The notes under the pieces: model-generated
What the model saw: only the letters and a program-made list of their open reading frames with translations
Told to the model about the DNA's origin: nothing
Database searches by the model: none
NCBI GenBank assembly: GCA_001600815.1
Contig: BCKZ01000012.1
Span: 310,001 to 374,000 of the forward strand
Source of the DNA: Alloascoidea hylecoeti
Lineage: Eukaryota
DNA: 64,000 bases
Direction of reading: 5' to 3'
Shown here: positions 61,207 through 64,000 of the stretch, piece by piece
Numbering within the stretch: position 1 is the stretch's first letter
Layout: the number at the start of each line of letters is the position of its first letter
Position numbers and translations under genes: made by a program

Positions 61207-62036
61207 TTTGAAGAAAGTGATAGAATTTCGATCGTAGAAGTTGGGGAGATTAACGCTTGTTAAAAGTGGTTGTACTATACTAGAAAAAGAATTGAGGATA
61301 AGAAAACAACGCTAGATGGGAATTGACGTGGGTTTATATATCATTCAAATTATTACTCTCCAATTCTTTCAGCAACACCGCCGTAGTAAACTTATAATTA
61401 ATATTCAACTGTAACGTTAACATTGTTACATAAACTGAGATCTGAAACCTTTTATAAACTAAATCTACAGATTCGTAACTCACATGTACTATTTATGGTA
61501 TTTATATGCTGTTCTTTTCTATTAAACGCCTTCCCAAGCCATAATATCTATATAGATAGGTGCACCATATACCAGGGTACTTTCAATGTATTCATAGGGC
61601 TGAAGCAATATCTGATCTAAACTTCCGAATGATGTAAGCCCAGGGAATATGAAATCTTTCTTTTATAACTCTTTTTTATGATGTAAGTTTAGTATGTAGC
61701 TCAGAGCGGGTAAAAAGTAAAAGAAGTCGTCCGTCATTCTCAATCCTTTTTTTTTTCTAATAAGTTGGTTGTTCCTTTCTGTTGTTGATTTTTTGTAATT
61801 AATATAATATATGCCATGTTTTTTTTGAATCTTTGAATTTGAATTTCATTCTTCATAATTACTTCTTCAATGGTGGTAATTTATATTTATATTGATATGG
61901 ATATGTAACTATTACTACAGTATGGTAGAGTTGCAGCGAGAATACAGATCTACAGAGAGAGTCAATCAATTACCAACATCATAATACAAGTTAACAAAAA
62001 CAAGTTTATTGCAATTGCCGCTTCTATAATATATTA

Positions 62037-64000
62037 TTACAAAATACTTTCTTCCATTTCTTCATCACTATGAGCTTCATCCTCTATATTTACCTCTTCT
62101 TCTTCCTCATATTCATCAGAATCATAGTGTAAGATACAGACCTATTTTCATTACGAGTACTTCTTCTTGTTGCACCCTTTTCTTTTGGTAAATGGATATC
62201 GATTGTTTTCTCTTCAATGACATGGTTTTAGTAGAGACACCATTGTTTTCTTCTTTCACTACAATTCTTTTCGTAACATTTAGAGCTCTTTTAGAGAAAA
62301 CTCTTGTCAATTTCTCTGAAATATATTCTTTAAATCGATCTAAAATCACATCTGGAANGAAATTTGTTGTTATTATTTTATCACCAGCACTTTTTTCTTC
62401 TCTTTTGAAAACTGCAAATGCATCACCAGGTAATTGTAACTTCCCAGGCCATGCATCAACCGACCAATCTTTGGATAAATTCTTTAATTCCATTAAAACA
62501 AGTTGTGCAATATCAGAAACTCGATAGAGATTGGTTGCAGCTAATGAATTAATATCCATATCTTCTGTTAGTTTATCACGGAACATTTTAACACGTTGTG
62601 AAATGTAATAAAGTAAGGATATATTGTTTTTATTTGCAATCGATTGAACATAAACATTTATAAATTCAACTGCTAATTGAAATGCAACAAAAAGTCTTGC
62701 GCTTGGATCTTCAGTATTATTATTTTCCTTGTCACTGTCATTTTCATATTTATCTAATGCTTCTTCTATAGTACTCATAAAATCTTCATGATGTGCAATC
62801 ATTTGAAGTAGTCTTGAAATTTTTTTTTCATATATTGGGTCTTTTGAGTGTAATTTTTTCTGACGCGCAAATGAAGCTTTAATCCAAGTTAATGTACTAT
62901 TCTTTAGTTCTGTTGTTGGTTCATGTGCAATGAAAAATACTAATGGTAAGAATCTATCTGAAATAACTTCCAAATTTATATATCGTTTTAATGTATCCAC
63001 AAATTGTGTTCGAACCTGTAAACATTCATCTTGAACAATAAAAATAAGCCGATTAATGTGATTTGCAGTAATCATAGAAAGGTATAAGCCTGTAGCCTTA
63101 ATCTTAATCTTGTGTATGAAGGAGTTAAACCATTTTTAGCTGTTGATATCTCACCACCATGTCCAATTAATGAAATTAAAATTTTAAAAACAGGATCAGC
63201 TTGTTGTGTTGCATCTTCAGAAGATTCTTCATAAATTTTTAAACGATTAACAAATCATTTTAAAACATAAATTTTGGCTAAAGTTTCTGTATTAATTTCA
63301 TCATCATTCAACCATAATTGATCATTTTCTTCATCTATTTGAGTATCAATTTTTAAAAGAACATTNTTAATAAGATATGCAGTTATTTCTTCATTTTCTT
63401 TTATACCAATTATTTCAGGTAATGATATATATAATGAAGCTAAAGCAGAAATATAAGTAACAAATTTTGGATTTTTTTTATTTAATGGTAATATATCTTT
63501 TAAGATTTGTTGATAATACATTTCTTTATTTTTTGAAAATGAAAGAATTTTAATTGATAATTTTGCTTCTTCTGGTGATCCATTTGTTGCAAAATTTTTT
63601 AATGATTCAAAATATAATTTATCACTTGGTACTAAATCTAAAAATTTTCTTGTAAATTGTAAAATTGTTTTTAATGTATGACATGAACCATCAAACCCCT
63701 GGATTATTTGTTTTAATAACTTCAATTAATTCAGAAATATGACTTTTGAATAAACTTGGTGTAACATTTGATATTTCTGTTACTAATTCATGCGATGTTG
63801 AATGTAAAGAATGATTTAAATTTCTTGAAATTTTAACCAATTCAGGAATATTACTTTTATTATATAGAATAAGACTTGATCAGAACATTGATATTTTTAT
63901 AAATGATTGAAGATCTTTATTGTATAAACCAGTTTTATTTAATAATTCAACAATTGATCTTCTAATTGTTTCATAATCAGCTTCAGGATTAATACAAATT
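62037..64000 (-). pseudogene. PDS5: PDS5 (cohesin-associated HEAT protein) copy with disablements; runs off the window edge
   Basis: QDECLQVRTQF…FLPLVFFIAHEP, RLLQMIAHHEDF, NISLLYYISQRVK..RD, NLYRVSDIAQL; in-frame TGA at 63255-63257 and frameshifts near 63075, 63725 and 62180 with no intron signals. Confidence 0.82.

Noticed and set aside
61625..61715. Possible C/D snoRNA or tRNA fragment (ATGATGTAAG twice; GTAGCTCAG)
   Set aside because: No well-placed D box, terminal stem or T-loop; no tRNA or rRNA was recognised anywhere in the window
30122..63257. Stop-codon reassignment or programmed readthrough to explain in-frame stops
   Set aside because: TAG and TGA terminate normal genes here (RLP24 and SMC4 end in TAG, DUR3 in TGA), and the affected loci also have frameshifts, so decay is simpler

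Overview
AT-rich, intron-containing budding-yeast (Saccharomycotina-like) nuclear DNA using the standard code (CTG falls at invariant Leu positions). About 23 apparently intact genes: SUT1-like sugar carrier, YAP180-type ANTH adaptor, PPR1, TEN1-like, TRM61-like, RLP24, PAM18, F-box, RBG2, USP-domain, DUR3, divergent TOM40, HRI1, ERV14-like, RNA14, SAM37, APL1, SSK1, PUS9/RIB2-like, MUP-type permease, SMC2, MFS, RPL2, RRT5. Two accessory zones interrupt them. (1) 16.5-21.8 kb is a gene desert with a Ty3/gypsy protease relic, a short GC-rich MITE-like element and a decayed F-box/WD40 gene that does not look yeast-like. (2) 29.3-37.7 kb holds a duplicated PDS5 3' fragment, a disrupted PD-(D/E)XK nuclease + kinase gene (Spok/Crinkler-type architecture), an open SMC4 frame lacking its N-terminal ATPase half, a divergent TOM40 and a Tc1/mariner relic. 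A longer, broken PDS5 copy lies at the right edge. All family calls come from motif recognition by eye; no database searches were run.
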